From contig CANQCJ010000001.1 in NCBI GenBank assembly GCA_947589205.1, forward strand, positions 1 through 36,605: DNA of 36,605 nucleotides, in the 5' to 3' direction. Numbering within the stretch: position 1 is the first letter of the stretch; every line of letters starts with the position of its first letter. The notes under the pieces are model-generated. The model did not search any database. It worked only from the letters and a program-made list of their open reading frames with translations, and was not told where the DNA came from. Origin of the DNA: an uncultured Ruminococcus sp. Lineage in GTDB: Bacteria > Bacillota > Clostridia > Oscillospirales > Ruminococcaceae. Shown here in pieces: positions 36,348 through 36,605 of this stretch. The translations under genes were made by a program, and so were the position numbers.

Positions 36348-36605
36348 ATGGTAAAATATATAGGAGTAAGATTTAAAAAGGTCGGGAAGATATATTATTT
36401 CTCTCCCGGAGAGCTCGATATAAAGCTTAACGACAAGGTTATCGTCGAGACGGTGCGCGGCGTCGAATGCGGAGACGTGGTGCTTACGGACAAGGAGATA
36501 GACGAGGCGGAGCTTAACGCGCCGCTTAAAACCGTTATCCGCATAGCGACCAAGGAGGATATGCAGACGATAGAACGCAACAAGCAGAAGGAAAAGGAAG
36601 CTTTC
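36348..36605 (+). CDS. ricT: PSP1-domain protein YaaT/RicT, N-terminal part (runs off window edge)
   Basis: Not in the ORF track. MVKYIGVRFKKVGKIYYF...VIVETVRGVECG...PLKTVIRIAT; SD GGAGGT. Confidence 0.88.
   Translation, partial: MVKYIGVRFKKVGKIYYFSPGELDIKLNDKVIVETVRGVECGDVVLTDKEIDEAELNAPLKTVIRIATKEDMQTIERNKQKEKEAF

Overview
Chromosomal window from a Gram-positive gut anaerobe, most likely Ruminococcus-like (inferred from the NPXTG-anchored surface protein, Bacillota-type SOS boxes and yaaO-darA-holB-yaaT order). In order it holds: an MBOAT/DHHW/FkbH-like surface-polymer acylation operon; a 1.2 kb stretch with three 425-bp-spaced units missed by the ORF track; a stand-alone 89-aa NrdD glycyl-radical-like gene with paired NrdR boxes; a Sir2 deacylase coupled to an L-fucose operon (fucI, kinase, fucU, aldolase); a lipoprotein; an APH-like probable pseudokinase divergent from adhE; a hybrid histidine kinase; ThiF/MoeB facing a rhodanese-TtcA fusion; a partial cobalamin cluster (cbiF-G-H-J-ET-A); an NPXTG surface protein; a LexA-box-rich divergent locus (DUF896 + WYL versus two small genes); and the yaaO-darA-holB-yaaT block. 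Each of the three repeat units encodes a 25-aa hydrophobic peptide and a convergent ~88-nt sRNA, and together they look like a tandem type I toxin-antitoxin array. This array and the autonomous NrdD-like glycyl-radical protein are the strongest candidates for an undescribed system. All calls come from reading the sequence by eye; no searches or folding programs were run.
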